Shown here: positions 1 through 11,294 of the stretch, in pieces | Position numbering within the stretch: position 1 is the first letter of the stretch | How the letters are laid out: every line of letters begins with the position of its first letter | Assembly (NCBI GenBank): GCA_963707915.1 | Contig: OY970178.1 | Coordinates: 2,880,001 to 2,944,000, forward strand | Reading direction: 5' to 3' | From: Candidatus Eiseniibacteriota bacterium | GTDB taxonomy: Bacteria > Eisenbacteria > RBG-16-71-46 | DNA length: 64,000 nt | The notes under the pieces: model-generated | Databases searched by the model: none | Seen by the model: only the letters and a program-made list of their open reading frames with translations | Told to the model about the DNA's origin: nothing | Position numbers and translations under genes: made by a program

Positions 1-1137
1 CGCCTCGACGACCAGGAAGTCGTCGCACAGCCGGCCGTCCGGGGCGAGCGCCTGCGCCCGCACCCCGGCGCCCGCGCGGCGCACGTCGGCGCGGACGATC
101 TCCGGGACCAGGCGCCGCAGCGCCGCGACGAACGCCCGGGTGCGGGTCGAGCGCCACGATTCGTGGAGCCCCATGCGCCAGTGGCGCAGTCCCATGCGCC
201 AGAACCCCGGGTACGCGAGCAGTTCGGCGGTGTCGCGCAGCGAGATGTCCGCCCGGCCGTAGGCCTCGCGCCCGAGCGCCAGCACCGCGTTGGGCCCGGC
301 CTCGACCCCGCCGTGCACCATGCGGGTGAAGTGGACGCCGAGGAAGGGGAAGGCGGGGTCGGGCACCGGGTAGAGGAGGTTGCGCACGAGCGTGCGCCGC
401 TCCGGCACGAGGTCGTAGTACTCGCCGCGGAAGGGGACGATGCACACCCCGGGCTCGACCCCGCACCGGCGCGCCACGCGGTCGGAGTGGAGCCCCGCGC
501 AGTTGACCAGCGCACCGCAGCGAAGCGCGCCTCGCGGGGTCTCGAGCACCAGGCCGGCCGCCGCGCCGCCGGGTGAAGCGTCGCGCCGGCAGGCGGTGAC
601 GCGCGCGCCGGTGACGACGGCGCCGCCCGCGGCGCGCACCCGGCCGGCGTAGGCCTCGCTGACGGCGGTGTAGTCCACGATGCCGGTGTCGGGCACGAAC
701 AGGCCGGCGACGCCGCGGGCGTGCGGCTCGCGCTCGCGGATCTCCGCGGGGCCGAGCCGGCGCAGGCCCAGGAGGCCGTTGGCCCGGCCGCGGCGCTCCA
801 GTTCGTCGAGGCGCGGCTGCTCGCGCTCGTCCACCGCGACGACCACCTTGCCGCAGCGCTCGTGGGCGATGCCGTGTTCCGCGCAGAAGCGGTAGAGCGC
901 CTCGCGGCCCGCGACGCAGTTCTGCGCCTTGAGCGAGCCGGGGCGGTAGTAGAGGCCCGAGTGGATGACGCCGCTGTTGTGCCCGGTCTGGTGCGCGGCG
1001 AGGCGGTCCTCGGCCTCGAGCACCACGACCGTCGCGCGGGTGCGCGCGGTGAGCGCCATCGCGGTGGCCAGGCCGACGATGCCGCCGCCGATCACGGCCA
1101 CGTCGCAGCGGGCGGGCAGGGCGGCGGGCGGCTCCAT
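1..1137 (-). CDS. lhgO: L-2-hydroxyglutarate oxidase (FAD-dependent), 3' end beyond the window
   Basis: Manual translation from ATG 1137: MEPPAALPARCDVAVIGGGIVGLATA...HQTGHNSGVIHSGLYYRPGSLKAQNC, and later YPVPDPAFPFLGVHFTR. The frame stays open to the window edge. Confidence 0.9.
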   Translation of the reverse strand, partial: MEPPAALPARCDVAVIGGGIVGLATAMALTARTRATVVVLEAEDRLAAHQTGHNSGVIHSGLYYRPGSLKAQNCVAGREALYRFCAEHGIAHERCGKVVVAVDEREQPRLDELERRGRANGLLGLRRLGPAEIREREPHARGVAGLFVPDTGIVDYTAVSEAYAGRVRAAGGAVVTGARVTACRRDASPGGAAAGLVLETPRGALRCGALVNCAGLHSDRVARRCGVEPGVCIVPFRGEYYDLVPERRTLVRNLLYPVPDPAFPFLGVHFTRMVHGGVEAGPNAVLALGREAYGRADISLRDTAELLAYPGFWRMGLRHWRMGLHESWRSTRTRAFVAALRRLVPEIVRADVRRAGAGVRAQALAPDGRLCDDFLVVEA

Positions 1138-1269
1138 GCCGCGGAGAATCCGCCGAACCGGACGCGGAGGCAAGGGGGGCGCGGTGGCGCCGCTCGGCTC
1201 GCGTGTTCACGCGCGACGCGCTAGGCTCCGTGCCGGAGCGGCGCCCGGCCCGGCGCGCGCGGAGGAGCC

Positions 1270-1926
1270 ATGAAGGACAAGCTGCACGTCTTCGAGGGTC
1301 CTGCGATCACCGTGACCTGGAGCAAGCGGCGCTGCATCCACGTCGCCGAGTGCGTGCGTGGCCAGCCGTACGTGTTCGAGCCCGGGCGCGTCCCGTGGGT
1401 GGACCCGACGCAGGCCTCGGCCGACCGCGTTGCCGAGGTCGTGCGCCGCTGCCCCACCGGGGCGCTCCACTTCGAGCGCCACGACGGCGGCGCGCCCGAG
1501 CCGGTGCCCGGCGCCAACGTCGTGGTGCCCGATCCCGACGGCCCGCTCTACCTGACCGGGGACATCGAGGTGGTGGCGGAGGACGGTGCGCCGGTCGTCC
1601 GCGACACGCGCGTCGCGCTGTGCCGCTGCGGCGCCACGAAGAACCGGCCGTTCTGCGACGGCAGCCACTGGGACGAGGGCTTCGACGACGCGGGCCGCCT
1701 GGCGGCGGGGGGCACGGCCGCCGCGGGCGAGGCCGGTCCGGGGCCGCTCCGCGTCGCCTTCGGCGCGGGCGGCCCGCTCTACCTCGAGGGCCGCTTCACG
1801 CTGGCGAGCGGGCGCGGCGAGGAGCGCCGCGAGCTGGCCGGGGCCGAGTTGTGCCGCTGCGGAGCCGCGCGCACCAAGCCGTTCTGCGACGGCAGCCACA
1901 CCGGGACGGACCTGCGGCAGGGGTGA
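1270..1926 (+). CDS. Divergent 4Fe-4S domain plus two CDGSH iron-sulfur domains
   Basis: CIHVAEC...CPTGAL at the N-terminus, two CRCG-x-KxxPFCDGSH motifs, GGAGG RBS. Confidence 0.9.
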   Translation: MKDKLHVFEGPAITVTWSKRRCIHVAECVRGQPYVFEPGRVPWVDPTQASADRVAEVVRRCPTGALHFERHDGGAPEPVPGANVVVPDPDGPLYLTGDIEVVAEDGAPVVRDTRVALCRCGATKNRPFCDGSHWDEGFDDAGRLAAGGTAAAGEAGPGPLRVAFGAGGPLYLEGRFTLASGRGEERRELAGAELCRCGAARTKPFCDGSHTGTDLRQG

Positions 1927-2079
1927 GGGCGGTGGCTGCCCGTCGCCGCGACGGGCAGCCCACGCGACTCCCTCGCGGCCGGCCCGGACCCCCTGCAGCC
2001 GTCGAACTTCCAGCGCCACCGGCTTGCGGCTCGTGAATCACCCGGGCTAGTGTGTCGTGCCAGGCCCGGAGGAGATCCC

Positions 2080-2805
2080 ATGAACGAGAATTCCGTCGTC
2101 CGCTCCGTGCTGGTCGCCGCCGCCATCATCCTGGCCGGCTGGCTGATGGCCCGCGGGCTGGTGCAGTTCCGCGTCGGCGACCGCACCGTCAGCGTCAAGG
2201 GTGTCGCCGAGCGCACGGTCAAGGCGGATGTCGCCCTCTGGCCGCTTCGCCTGGTCGTCGCCGACAACGACCTGGGACTGGCGCAGCGCCGCGTCCAGGC
2301 CGACCGGCGCACCGTCATGCAGTTCCTGTCGCGCTACGGCATCGACTCCGCCCACGTCGAGCTGCAGGGTCTCTCGGCCACCGACACGCGGGCCAACCCC
2401 TACGGCCCCGAGCGCCCCGCGGCGACCCGGTACGTCGTCAACCTGACGCTCATGGTGCGCACCGGCGACGTCGACCGGCTCTCCACCGCCGCGCAGGGGG
2501 TCAGCGAGTTGCTGGCGGCGGGCGTGGTGTTCTCGAGCGGCGAATACGGCGCGAGCGGTCCCATCTACCTGTTCACGCGGCTCAACGACCTCAAGCCCGA
2601 GATGCTCGCCGAGGCCAATGCCAACGCCATGAAGGCCGCCGAGGAGTTCGCCCGTTCGTCCCGCGCGCGGGTGGGCGAGATCCGCCGGGCCAGCCAGGGC
2701 GTGTTCGAGATCCTCGCGCGGGACCCGGCCCCCGGCATTCAGCAGGAGAGCCAGGTCCAGAAGACGCTGCGCGTGGTGACCACCGTGGAGTACGGCCTGC
2801 GCTGA
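2080..2805 (+). CDS. SIMPL (DUF541) domain protein
   Basis: N-terminal TM, RTVSVKGVAER..ADVALWP, LKPEML, IRRASQG, KTLRVVTTVEY; GGAGG RBS before ATG 2080. Confidence 0.85.
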   Translation: MNENSVVRSVLVAAAIILAGWLMARGLVQFRVGDRTVSVKGVAERTVKADVALWPLRLVVADNDLGLAQRRVQADRRTVMQFLSRYGIDSAHVELQGLSATDTRANPYGPERPAATRYVVNLTLMVRTGDVDRLSTAAQGVSELLAAGVVFSSGEYGASGPIYLFTRLNDLKPEMLAEANANAMKAAEEFARSSRARVGEIRRASQGVFEILARDPAPGIQQESQVQKTLRVVTTVEYGLR

Positions 2806-2875
2806 CCGGGCGGGCGGCGGGGCGGGGCCGCCCGCAGGCGCTCCCCGGGAGCGCGCGCGGGCGCCCGGGCCGCCT

Positions 2876-4414
2876 TCAGCGCGGGCACACGTCGCCCTGG
2901 ATGAGCGTGCGCTCGCACGTGATGTCGTGCCCGTACGGGATGCAGAACTCGCTGCAGGCGGTGCCGACACATCGCCTCTCCCCCAGACCCACGCACCGGT
3001 AGGCGTCCGACGAGTCGTCCCGCTCGTCGTAGCGACAGTCCGTGATCCACGTGCAGGTCGTCCGGTCGTACCGGATCAGGTCCACGTTCAGGCACCGGGT
3101 CGTCGTTCCGTCGATCGTGGTCATGTACCCGGCGTACCCGGAGCCGCACAGGCCCAGCTCCTCGTACACGGGATGGCAGTTGTCCGGGGTGATCGCGCAT
3201 GGCTGCCGGGTGCCGTTGGGCACCGGCCCCTCCCGGATCAGCAACAGGTCGGTCAGGGACGAGAAGATGACGGACGTGCGAACCACCGATGGATTGCCGT
3301 TCTCCCAGGCACTGTTCGGATCGATGGACTCCCACTTGTCCGGGTAGCTCCCGGCCTGGTCGCCGGTCAGTTGGTGCTGGAAGAGGAACTGCAGAGTCCG
3401 GGTCGCGGCATCGTCCTTCCCGATCGCATGAAGCGCGCTGGCGAACCCGGGGGGATCCGACATCCAGCCCCGCGAGCTCGGCCCGCCGGGATTGCTGTCG
3501 TACACGCCGTTCTCGTCCTCGTAGCTGATGCTGCCGTCCGCGGAGATGCGCCGTTCGAGGAAGTCCGTCGCCGGGATGATGGCCGGTTCGATGTCCGGGT
3601 TCGCGGGGTCGGCGCGCCGGCAGACGATCATCTCGTTCACCAGCCAGGCGGTGTAGCTCGCGTTCTCCCCGAACTCCTTGCCGCCCTGATGCGGAAAGGC
3701 GCCGTCCGGGAACTGCAGGTTGCTCGTGTTCCGGGTGATCGATCTCGCCTTCGCGAGGTAGGCGGGGTTCCCGGTGAGCGCGTAGGCCGCTCCCAGCGCC
3801 ATCGCGGCCATGTACCCGGTGTTCATGTTGTCCTGGTAGTCCAGGCAGGCGTCGGCGATCTTCATCCCCCACGCCCGGTACGACTCGTCCCCCGTCTCCG
3901 CGAACGCGCGAAGCATGGTCCAGCCGACGTGGCCGTCGTAGCTCGCGTGTCGCAATGTCGCCTCGCCCTGGGCGATGATGTGGTCGAGCCGCAATCGCGC
4001 CTCCTGGAGGAAGAGCGGGTCGTTCGTCAACTGGTGCAGGTTCAGGTAGCCGATCGCCTGGCTGTTGATCAGGAGCCTCACCAGCTCCGGGTAGGGCGTC
4101 AGGGACGCCTCGCGCGGATCCGGCGTGTACGGCATGCCGAGCCGGTGGTTCCGAAGATAGGCCTCGGTCTTCATGATCTCGTCCAGCACCGTGCATCGGT
4201 AGTAGCCTTCGTCGCAATCGGCAGGCTGGACCGGTTGCGGCCGCAGCGGCGGCCGGACGGGGACGGGTGCTCCGTCCGCCGCCGGTGCGGTGGGGGTGAG
4301 CCGCGCGGGCCGCGCAGCGGCGGCGGCGATCCCCGTCCCGGCAAGCCACGCGACGAGTGTCAGTACGACGACGCGTGCGGATCGACCGAGCAGGACCCCA
4401 GACGACCGGAACAC
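2876..4414 (-). CDS. Secreted alpha/alpha-barrel-like protein with a Cys-rich C-terminal domain
   Basis: Signal peptide, TG(D/N)xxYL helical repeats, QxxDGxF-like repeats, 12 Cys in the last ~107 aa. Confidence 0.6.
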   Translation of the reverse strand: MFRSSGVLLGRSARVVVLTLVAWLAGTGIAAAAARPARLTPTAPAADGAPVPVRPPLRPQPVQPADCDEGYYRCTVLDEIMKTEAYLRNHRLGMPYTPDPREASLTPYPELVRLLINSQAIGYLNLHQLTNDPLFLQEARLRLDHIIAQGEATLRHASYDGHVGWTMLRAFAETGDESYRAWGMKIADACLDYQDNMNTGYMAAMALGAAYALTGNPAYLAKARSITRNTSNLQFPDGAFPHQGGKEFGENASYTAWLVNEMIVCRRADPANPDIEPAIIPATDFLERRISADGSISYEDENGVYDSNPGGPSSRGWMSDPPGFASALHAIGKDDAATRTLQFLFQHQLTGDQAGSYPDKWESIDPNSAWENGNPSVVRTSVIFSSLTDLLLIREGPVPNGTRQPCAITPDNCHPVYEELGLCGSGYAGYMTTIDGTTTRCLNVDLIRYDRTTCTWITDCRYDERDDSSDAYRCVGLGERRCVGTACSEFCIPYGHDITCERTLIQGDVCPR

Positions 4415-4427
4415 GCTCGCGGCTCCC

Positions 4428-7400
4428 TCAGTTCCGCTCGCGGCCCGGGGGCTCGGGGGGCTCGAGGAAGGTCTCCACGCGCCAGCCGGCGGTCTCGGCG
4501 GCGCGGAGGCGCTCGCCGAGCGAGCGCTCGAGCGTGCGCGCGGCCTCGAGGTCGGGCCTGGGGGCCGCGGCGATCGCGAGCAGTGCGCGCAGGGCCATCC
4601 ACCAGACCATGCGCTCGAAGGGCTCCTTGCGGAAGTAGTGCGCGCCCTCGTGCTCGTGCTTGTCGATCAGCCAGGCGACGTCCGGGTCGGCGAGCCAGGC
4701 GTACGCGGCCGCCGGCCGTGCGGCCGGCGCGGTGGCCCCCGGCGCCCACACGGCGTGCGCGAACGCCGCACGTACGCGCGCGGCGGCGCGCCAGCGCTGC
4801 TCACCCTCGAGGCCCAGCACGGCGAACGCGTCGGCCATCGGCTCGCGCAGGCGCAGCGACTCGAACAACCGCGCCGCGGCGGGCTCGGGGGCGGCCGGGT
4901 CGCAGGCGCGTCCCAGCGCCTCGAGCCCGCACCAGGCCAGCAGCGTGCCCCAGATTCCGGCCGCGTGGGCGCGGTCGCCGCCCGCCGTGGGGAGCACCGC
5001 GCACGCCTCGTCCGGCCAGGGCGCGGCGAAACGGGCCTCGAGCGCGGGCAGGCGGAGGGCCGCCTCGAGCCGCCGTCGCAGCAGACCCGACGCCGCGTGC
5101 GTGTCGCCCGCCCAGGGGTGCGGGGGCGCCGGGCCGGGGCCGGCCTCGCCGGCGGCGTAGCGTCGCGCCGCTTCGACGAGCGTGGTCGCGTGCCGCTCGG
5201 CCTGGTCGAGCAGGGCGCTGCAGCGCGTGGCGCGCTCGGGCGTGTCGGCGGCCGGCGCCGCCTCGGCGAGCGCGGCGACGGCGACCGGGTCGAGCAGCGC
5301 GCGCAGCGCCTCGTGCACCGGCCGCAACTCCAGCTCGTGCAGGGCCTCGTCGAGGCTGGGCACGCCGCGCCCGGCCAGCTCGCCGCAGAGCCGCGCCCAG
5401 GGCCGCGCGCCGTCGTCGCGCACGTCCTGCCAGTCGAGCAGGACGTGGCACTGGTAGCCGCCCAGCTCCGCGTAGAAGCCCTTCTCGACCAGCTCCTGCT
5501 GGCTGCGCAGGTACTCGAGCCCGGTCGAGGCCTCGCGGTAGCGCGCGAACCACGCCGGGTCGGCGTGGAAGCCGAAGGCCTCGCCGAGCGAGCGCCGGTG
5601 CAGCGCGGGGCCGGAGCCGTCCTTCACCGCGTAGCCGCACGACAGCCGGATCCAGCCGCGGGCGCCGGCGTGGCGGTTGCAGTAGAGCACCAGTGCGCGC
5701 TCGGGTCCGTGGCGGTTCGAGTACGCGAACACGTCCTCGTTGACCCAGCCCTCGTCGGTGAAGAAGTCGTAGAGCAGGAAGTCGCGCACCTCGGCGAACA
5801 GCGCGCGCCGGTGGAGCAGCGGGCTGATCTCGCGCTCGTGGCGCGCCACCAGCCACGGGTCGGGAGTCTCGTCGTGGTAGGCGCGGCGGTACTCCATGCC
5901 GTACTTCTCGGCGTAGCCCTCGACCTGCCCGTGGCCGAACATCGGCAGCCCGGGCAGCGTGGCCATCAGCGTGCAGATGCCGAAGTACTTGTCGCCCTTG
6001 CCGAACTGCTCGACCGCGGTGCGCTCGTCGGGGTTGTTCATGAAGTTGACGTAGCGCTTGAGCACGTCGGGGTCGAACTCGAGCGTGTTCTTGATCACGC
6101 TGCGGTAGTTCGCGTTCTCCTCGTCGCGCAGCATGTTCATGAAGGCGCTGTTGTAGACGCGGTGCATGCCCAGGGTGCGGACGAAGTAGCCCTCCATGAG
6201 CCAGAAGGCCTCGGCCAGCAGCAGCGTGTCCGGGGCCTCGGCGGCCACGCGGTCCACCACCTCGCGCCAGAACTCCTGCGGGATGGCCTCGTCGAACTCC
6301 GCCTGGGTGAGCCCCCGGCCGGCGCGCGAGGGGATGGCCCCGCCGGTGCCCGGCTCGGGGAACCAGAGGCGCTGGTAGTGGCGCTTGGCCAGCGTCATGG
6401 CCGCGTCGAAGCGGATGACGGGGAAGCGGCGCGCCACCGCCAGGATGGTCCGGATGACGGCCTCGCGCACGTCGGCGCGGCGGTAGTCGAGCTGGGCGGT
6501 GTCGTTCCACGGCATCGAGGTGCCGTCGTTGCCGTGGTAGATGTAGCGCGCGTCGCCGCTCCAGCGGTCGATGCGCTTGAAGACCACCGCCGCGTCGCTG
6601 CGGTCGTAGTAGTGGTCCTCGATGAAGATGCCGACCCGGCCGTCGTTCGACAGGTCCGGGCCGTCGAAGCGGTAGGCCGGGTAGGGACTGTGGTCGAGCT
6701 GGACGAACCAGTCGGGGTGCTCGATCACCCAGCGCGAGTCGATCCCCATGTGGTTCGGCACCATGTCGCTGGCCAGCCGCAGCCCGCGCGCCCGCGCCCG
6801 CTCGCGCAGGGTCTCGAGCGCGGCCTCGCCGCCGAGGTCGTCGGCGATGACGTAGTCGAGCAGCGAGTAGGCCGAGGCCACCGCCTCGGGGTTGCCGCAC
6901 GCCTGCTTGATGCGCTGCGAGGCCCGGCTCCGCTCCCACACGCCGATGAGCCACAGCGACGTGAAGCCGCGGCGCGCGATGCGTGTCCAGCTCCTCGTCG
7001 GGGATCTGGTCGAGCCGCGTGATCGCCCGGCCGTGACGGCGCGAGAGCTGGTCGAGCCAGACGTAGACGGTCTTGGCGAGCAGCACCACGCGCGGCATCC
7101 AGTCGAGGTCGCGGCTGAAGCGCTCGTACTCGTGCTCGTGCCCGCGGAAGCTCGGGATGGCGCCGGCGCTCGAGTCGCCGAGCGGGGGCGGCCACGCCCC
7201 GGCCGGCACGGGCGGGTGGAAGCGCAGCCACACCGCCCGCTCTTCCTCCTTGAGCAGGTCGAGCCCGGTGAGCAGCCGGAGCAGCGCGTCGCCGAGCAAC
7301 GGGCCCCAGCGCTCGCGGATGAACGCGAGCTGGCCCTCGAGCGAGTCGGGCGACGCCAGCGCGGGCGCGCGCAGCATGTCCACCAGGTTCTGCTCCTCGG

Positions 7401-8001
7401 GGCCGAAGCGCGGGCGCGTCTCGAAGTAGTCGCGCAGCGCCCCGGTGATGCCGGGGTAGGCGGTCGCGGCCGCGAGGGCGGTGTCGTCGAACAGCTCGCG
7501 AAACGGCTTGAAGGCCAGGTTCAGGTTCGCGAGCCACAGCATCATCAATTCCTCGAGCGCCACGGCGCGGTGCGGCACGTTGCCGCTCAGGCCGTTCAGC
7601 CAGGAGGCCGCGGAGAGGACGCCGCGGTAGACGGTCACGGTGGGGAAGCGGTCGGCGAACTCGAGCAGGGCGCGGTCCAGCGCCGCACGCCCGAGCCGGG
7701 CCTCGAACCACGCGAGCGCGTCGGTCATGGCGCGCGGGTCGCGCTGCTCGCGGTAGGCGGCCACCACGAGGTGCAGCACCTCGTCGATGAGCCCCATGGC
7801 GTTGAGTGCGCCGGGGACCACCGCGCGTTCCGGGTGCGTCCCGGTCTCGCGCACGGCGTTCATGCGGTGGGCGAACGCGCGGCTCGCCTCGAGGTCGGCG
7901 AAGACGACGTTGCCGGTGACGCTGAAGAGCGTGTCGTCGAACCCGTAGAGGTCGCGCGCGGCGCGCGACACGTGAAACTCGAAGGTGGGCCGGTCGCTCA
8001 T
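4428..8001 (-). pseudogene. GH13 alpha-amylase-family protein with a +1 frameshift near 6982 (possibly an assembly error)
   Basis: MSDRPTFEFHV...IPDEELDT then a shift to IARRGFTSLWLIGVWERS. GH13 motifs DMVPNH, IRFDAAM, LLAEAFW and FMNNPDE are intact. Confidence 0.85.
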
Positions 8002-8069
8002 GAGGCCCGCAGCATAGCAGGGTGGGGGCCGTGACGCAGGCGGTCCCGCCGCCGCTGCCCGGACGCCGC

Positions 8070-9005
8070 TCAGGCGGAATGCGTGCGCAGCCAGTCGACG
8101 GTGCGGCGGAGGCCCTCCTCGAGCCCGATCTTCGGTTCGTAGCCCAGCAAGCGGGCGGCCTTCGAGATGTCGGCGAGCGAATGCTTCACGTCGCCCGTCC
8201 GCGTCGTCTCGTAGACCGGCGTGACCTCGTGTCCCACCAGCCGGCCGATCTGCTTCGCCAGCTGGTTGAGCGTCACGCGCTGCCCGCACGCGATGTTGAT
8301 CGTCTCGCCCGAGGCGCCCGGGGCGGTGCACGCGAGCAGGTTCGCCGAGACGACGTTCTCGACATAGGTGAAGTCGCGCGACTGTTCGCCGTCACCGTAG
8401 ATCACCGGGGTCTTGCCGGCGAGCATCGCGCCGATGAACTTCGGGATCACCGCGGAGTACTGCGACATCGGGTCCTGCCGCGGGCCGAACACGTTGAAGT
8501 AGCGCAGCGACACGGTCTCGAGGTGGTAGACCTGGTGGAACACGCGGCAGTACAGCTCGCCGGCGAACTTGTTCACCGCGTACGGCGACAGGGGCAGGGC
8601 GACCATGGTCTCGACCTTGGGCAGCACCTCGGTGTTGCCATAGGCCGAGGACGACGCGCTGTAGACCACGCGTTTCACCCCGGCGTCGCGCGCGGCGATC
8701 AGCACGTTCAGGGTGCCGCTGACGTTGACGTCGTTGCTCTCGATCGGCGTGCGGATCGAACGCGGGACCGACGGCAGCGCGGCGAGGTGGATGACGTAGT
8801 CGGCCCCCTTCACCGCCTCCTGCACGACGTTCAGGTAGCGGATGTCGCCCTCGATCAACTCGACGCCCTGGTCCAGCGGAAAGAGATGGTGACGCTTGCC
8901 GGTCGAGAAGTTGTCGAGCACGCGCACGGTCTCGCCCCGTTCGAGCAGGCGCGCGACGGTGTTCGAACCGATGAAGCCGGCCCCACCCGTGACGAGGTAG
9001 ATCAT
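8070..9005 (-). CDS. NAD-dependent nucleotide-sugar epimerase/dehydratase (extended SDR)
   Basis: TGGAGFIGS, SSSAYG, YAVNK, LRYFNVFGPRQ, GDGEQSRDF. Confidence 0.93.
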   Translation of the reverse strand: MIYLVTGGAGFIGSNTVARLLERGETVRVLDNFSTGKRHHLFPLDQGVELIEGDIRYLNVVQEAVKGADYVIHLAALPSVPRSIRTPIESNDVNVSGTLNVLIAARDAGVKRVVYSASSSAYGNTEVLPKVETMVALPLSPYAVNKFAGELYCRVFHQVYHLETVSLRYFNVFGPRQDPMSQYSAVIPKFIGAMLAGKTPVIYGDGEQSRDFTYVENVVSANLLACTAPGASGETINIACGQRVTLNQLAKQIGRLVGHEVTPVYETTRTGDVKHSLADISKAARLLGYEPKIGLEEGLRRTVDWLRTHSA

Positions 9006-9132
9006 CGTAGTGTCATCCCCTGAGGTTCGGTGCCCCTGCGTTCAGCGGTCCGGCGCATCCGCGCGGGCCGCGCATCCTTGAGTCTTCGGCAGCCGGCCGG
9101 CCTCCCTTGACCGGCTCGTGTCCGGCGGCGAT

Positions 9133-10287
9133 TCAGCCCGCCGGCCGGTGCCCCGCGCTCCGCAACGCGGATCGGTAGAGCGCTTCGGTCTCCCGCACCA
9201 TGTGGTCGGCCGTGAACATCGTCTCCCAGCGCCGCCGCGCCGCCGCGCCCCAGGCCTCGAGTCGGCCGCGGTCCGACAGCGCCGCGACCAGCGCCGCCCC
9301 GAGGGCGTCCGGATCCGAGGCCGGCACGACCAGGCCATTGACGCCTTCGGCGACCGCCTCGGCGTTGCCGCCGACGTCGGTGACCACGCAGGCACGCGCG
9401 GCGCGCATCGCCTCGAGGATCGACATCGACAGGCCCTCGCGCACGGACGACAGCGTGTAGAGGTCCGCGGCCGCGAGCAGGTCGCGCACGTCGTCGCGCA
9501 CGCCCAGGAAGCGCACGCGCGGCGCGAGCCCGAGCTCGCGCACCTGCGCTTCGAGCGCGCCGCGCAGGGGCCCGTCGCCCGCGATCAGCAGCCGCGCGCC
9601 GGGCGCCTGGCGCGCGGTCAGGGCGAACGCCTGCACCAGCACGTGCTGCGCCTTGGCCGGGGTCAGGCTGGCGACGGTGAGGATCGCGAGCTCGCCCGCG
9701 GCGAGCCCGAGCGCGGTCCTGGTGGCGTCACGCGTGGCGGCGGGGTCGGCGCCGGCGATGCCGTTCAGCACGGTGACGCAGCGGCCCGAGGCCCATGGCA
9801 GGCGCGCGACCTGGCTCCGGCGGACGGCCTCGCACACCCCGATGACCCGGTGCGTCATCGCGGTGAGCACGGGCTCCAGCAACGCGTCGTACAGCCCCGC
9901 GTGCCGGCCCGGGTGGCGGACGCTGTGTTCGGTGCGCACCACCAGCGGCACGCCCGCGAGCCGGCCGCCGAGCGCCGCATAGAACCCGCCCGAGGGGTTG
10001 TGACCGTTGACCACGTCGATGCGCACCCGCCGCAGGTAGTCCGCGAGCCGGCGGACCGCGCCGGCGCGCCCGCCCTGCTTGCCGAGCACCAGCGGGCGCG
10101 CGCCGAGCCGTTCGGCCTCCTGCATCGCCCAGCCGCCCAGGTTCACCGCGCACAGGTGCGTCTCGACGTCCGGCCCGGCCTGGCGCACGTGCTCCAGCAC
10201 CACCATCTCGGCGCCGCCCAGGTTCATGGCGTTGATGACGTGCATCACGCGCAGGCGCCGCCCGGTGGGGACGGGGGACCCGCTCAT
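9133..10287 (-). CDS. GT4 glycosyltransferase
   Basis: GGAE near the N-terminus, AGDGPLR, FLG-R-DV, EGLSMSILEAM. Confidence 0.9.
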   Translation of the reverse strand: MSGSPVPTGRRLRVMHVINAMNLGGAEMVVLEHVRQAGPDVETHLCAVNLGGWAMQEAERLGARPLVLGKQGGRAGAVRRLADYLRRVRIDVVNGHNPSGGFYAALGGRLAGVPLVVRTEHSVRHPGRHAGLYDALLEPVLTAMTHRVIGVCEAVRRSQVARLPWASGRCVTVLNGIAGADPAATRDATRTALGLAAGELAILTVASLTPAKAQHVLVQAFALTARQAPGARLLIAGDGPLRGALEAQVRELGLAPRVRFLGVRDDVRDLLAAADLYTLSSVREGLSMSILEAMRAARACVVTDVGGNAEAVAEGVNGLVVPASDPDALGAALVAALSDRGRLEAWGAAARRRWETMFTADHMVRETEALYRSALRSAGHRPAG

Positions 10288-11294
10288 CGCCGCCCCGCCA
10301 CGCGCGCATAGACCTCGACGATGCGCTCGGCCACGCGCCGGGTGGTGATGTCGGCGACCGCCGCCCGGCCGTTCGAGCGCACCGGATCGCGCAGGATGGC
10401 GGCGATCGCGGCGCCGAGCCGCTCCGGGTCGCGCGCGACGATCGCCCCCGGGCTCACGCCCGCGACCCGTTCGCGCACGTCGCCCACGTCGACCGAGACG
10501 ACCGGCAGGTCGCACGCGAGCGCTTCCTTGATCACGTTGGGCGAGCCCTCGGCGTCGCTGGTGAGCAGCAGGCAGTCCGCGGCGTTCATGTAGGTCGCGA
10601 TCCGCTCCGGATCGACGCCGCCGTGGAGCACCTCCATCCGCGAGCCGGGCACCAGCCGTTCCGCGACGGCGGCCGCGGCCAGGGCGAGGTCGAGGCGCTT
10701 GACCTTCGCGCGGCCGCCGCTGTTGAACAGCACGACCCGGTCCTCCGTCGGCCAGCCCAGCGCCGCGCGGGCGTCGGCCCGGGGCACGGGGTGGAAGACC
10801 GCCGTGTCGACCCCGCTCGGGATCACGACGGCCTCGCCGCGGCGCCGCCACAACACCTCGCGCAGCCGCCGGCTGACGCAGATGATCCCTGCCGCGCGCA
10901 GCGCCGCGACCTGGGACAGCAACACGCCGGTGCGCGACCGCGACCCGGAGACCCCGGCGGAGCCGTTCAGGTCGCTGCCGCGGAACGTGACCACCAGCGG
11001 CGGGCCGCCGGCGAGCGCCGCCACCAGCGCCGTCACCGTACCGTAGTGGGCGTGGACGATGTCGGGGGCCAGCTCCGCGATCGCCCGCCGCAGCCGGCCG
11101 AGCTCGCCGACGATGCCCCGTGGCGAGGTGCGCTCGCCGAGCCAGAAGGTGCGGACGTCGACGCCGAGCTCGGCCACCATCGACATCTGGCGCCGGGCGA
11201 AGATGAAGGACGACCGCTCCTCGGACCCGGGGATGACCGCGAGCACGCGCAGCGGGCGGCTCGCGCCCGGTCGGACGGGGGACGGATGCGTCAT
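10284..11294 (-). CDS. GT4 glycosyltransferase
   Basis: DIVHAHYG, RGSDL, EGSPNVIKEALAC, DVGDV; 4-nt overlap with the next gene. Confidence 0.88.
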   Translation of the reverse strand: MTHPSPVRPGASRPLRVLAVIPGSEERSSFIFARRQMSMVAELGVDVRTFWLGERTSPRGIVGELGRLRRAIAELAPDIVHAHYGTVTALVAALAGGPPLVVTFRGSDLNGSAGVSGSRSRTGVLLSQVAALRAAGIICVSRRLREVLWRRRGEAVVIPSGVDTAVFHPVPRADARAALGWPTEDRVVLFNSGGRAKVKRLDLALAAAAVAERLVPGSRMEVLHGGVDPERIATYMNAADCLLLTSDAEGSPNVIKEALACDLPVVSVDVGDVRERVAGVSPGAIVARDPERLGAAIAAILRDPVRSNGRAAVADITTRRVAERIVEVYARVAGRR

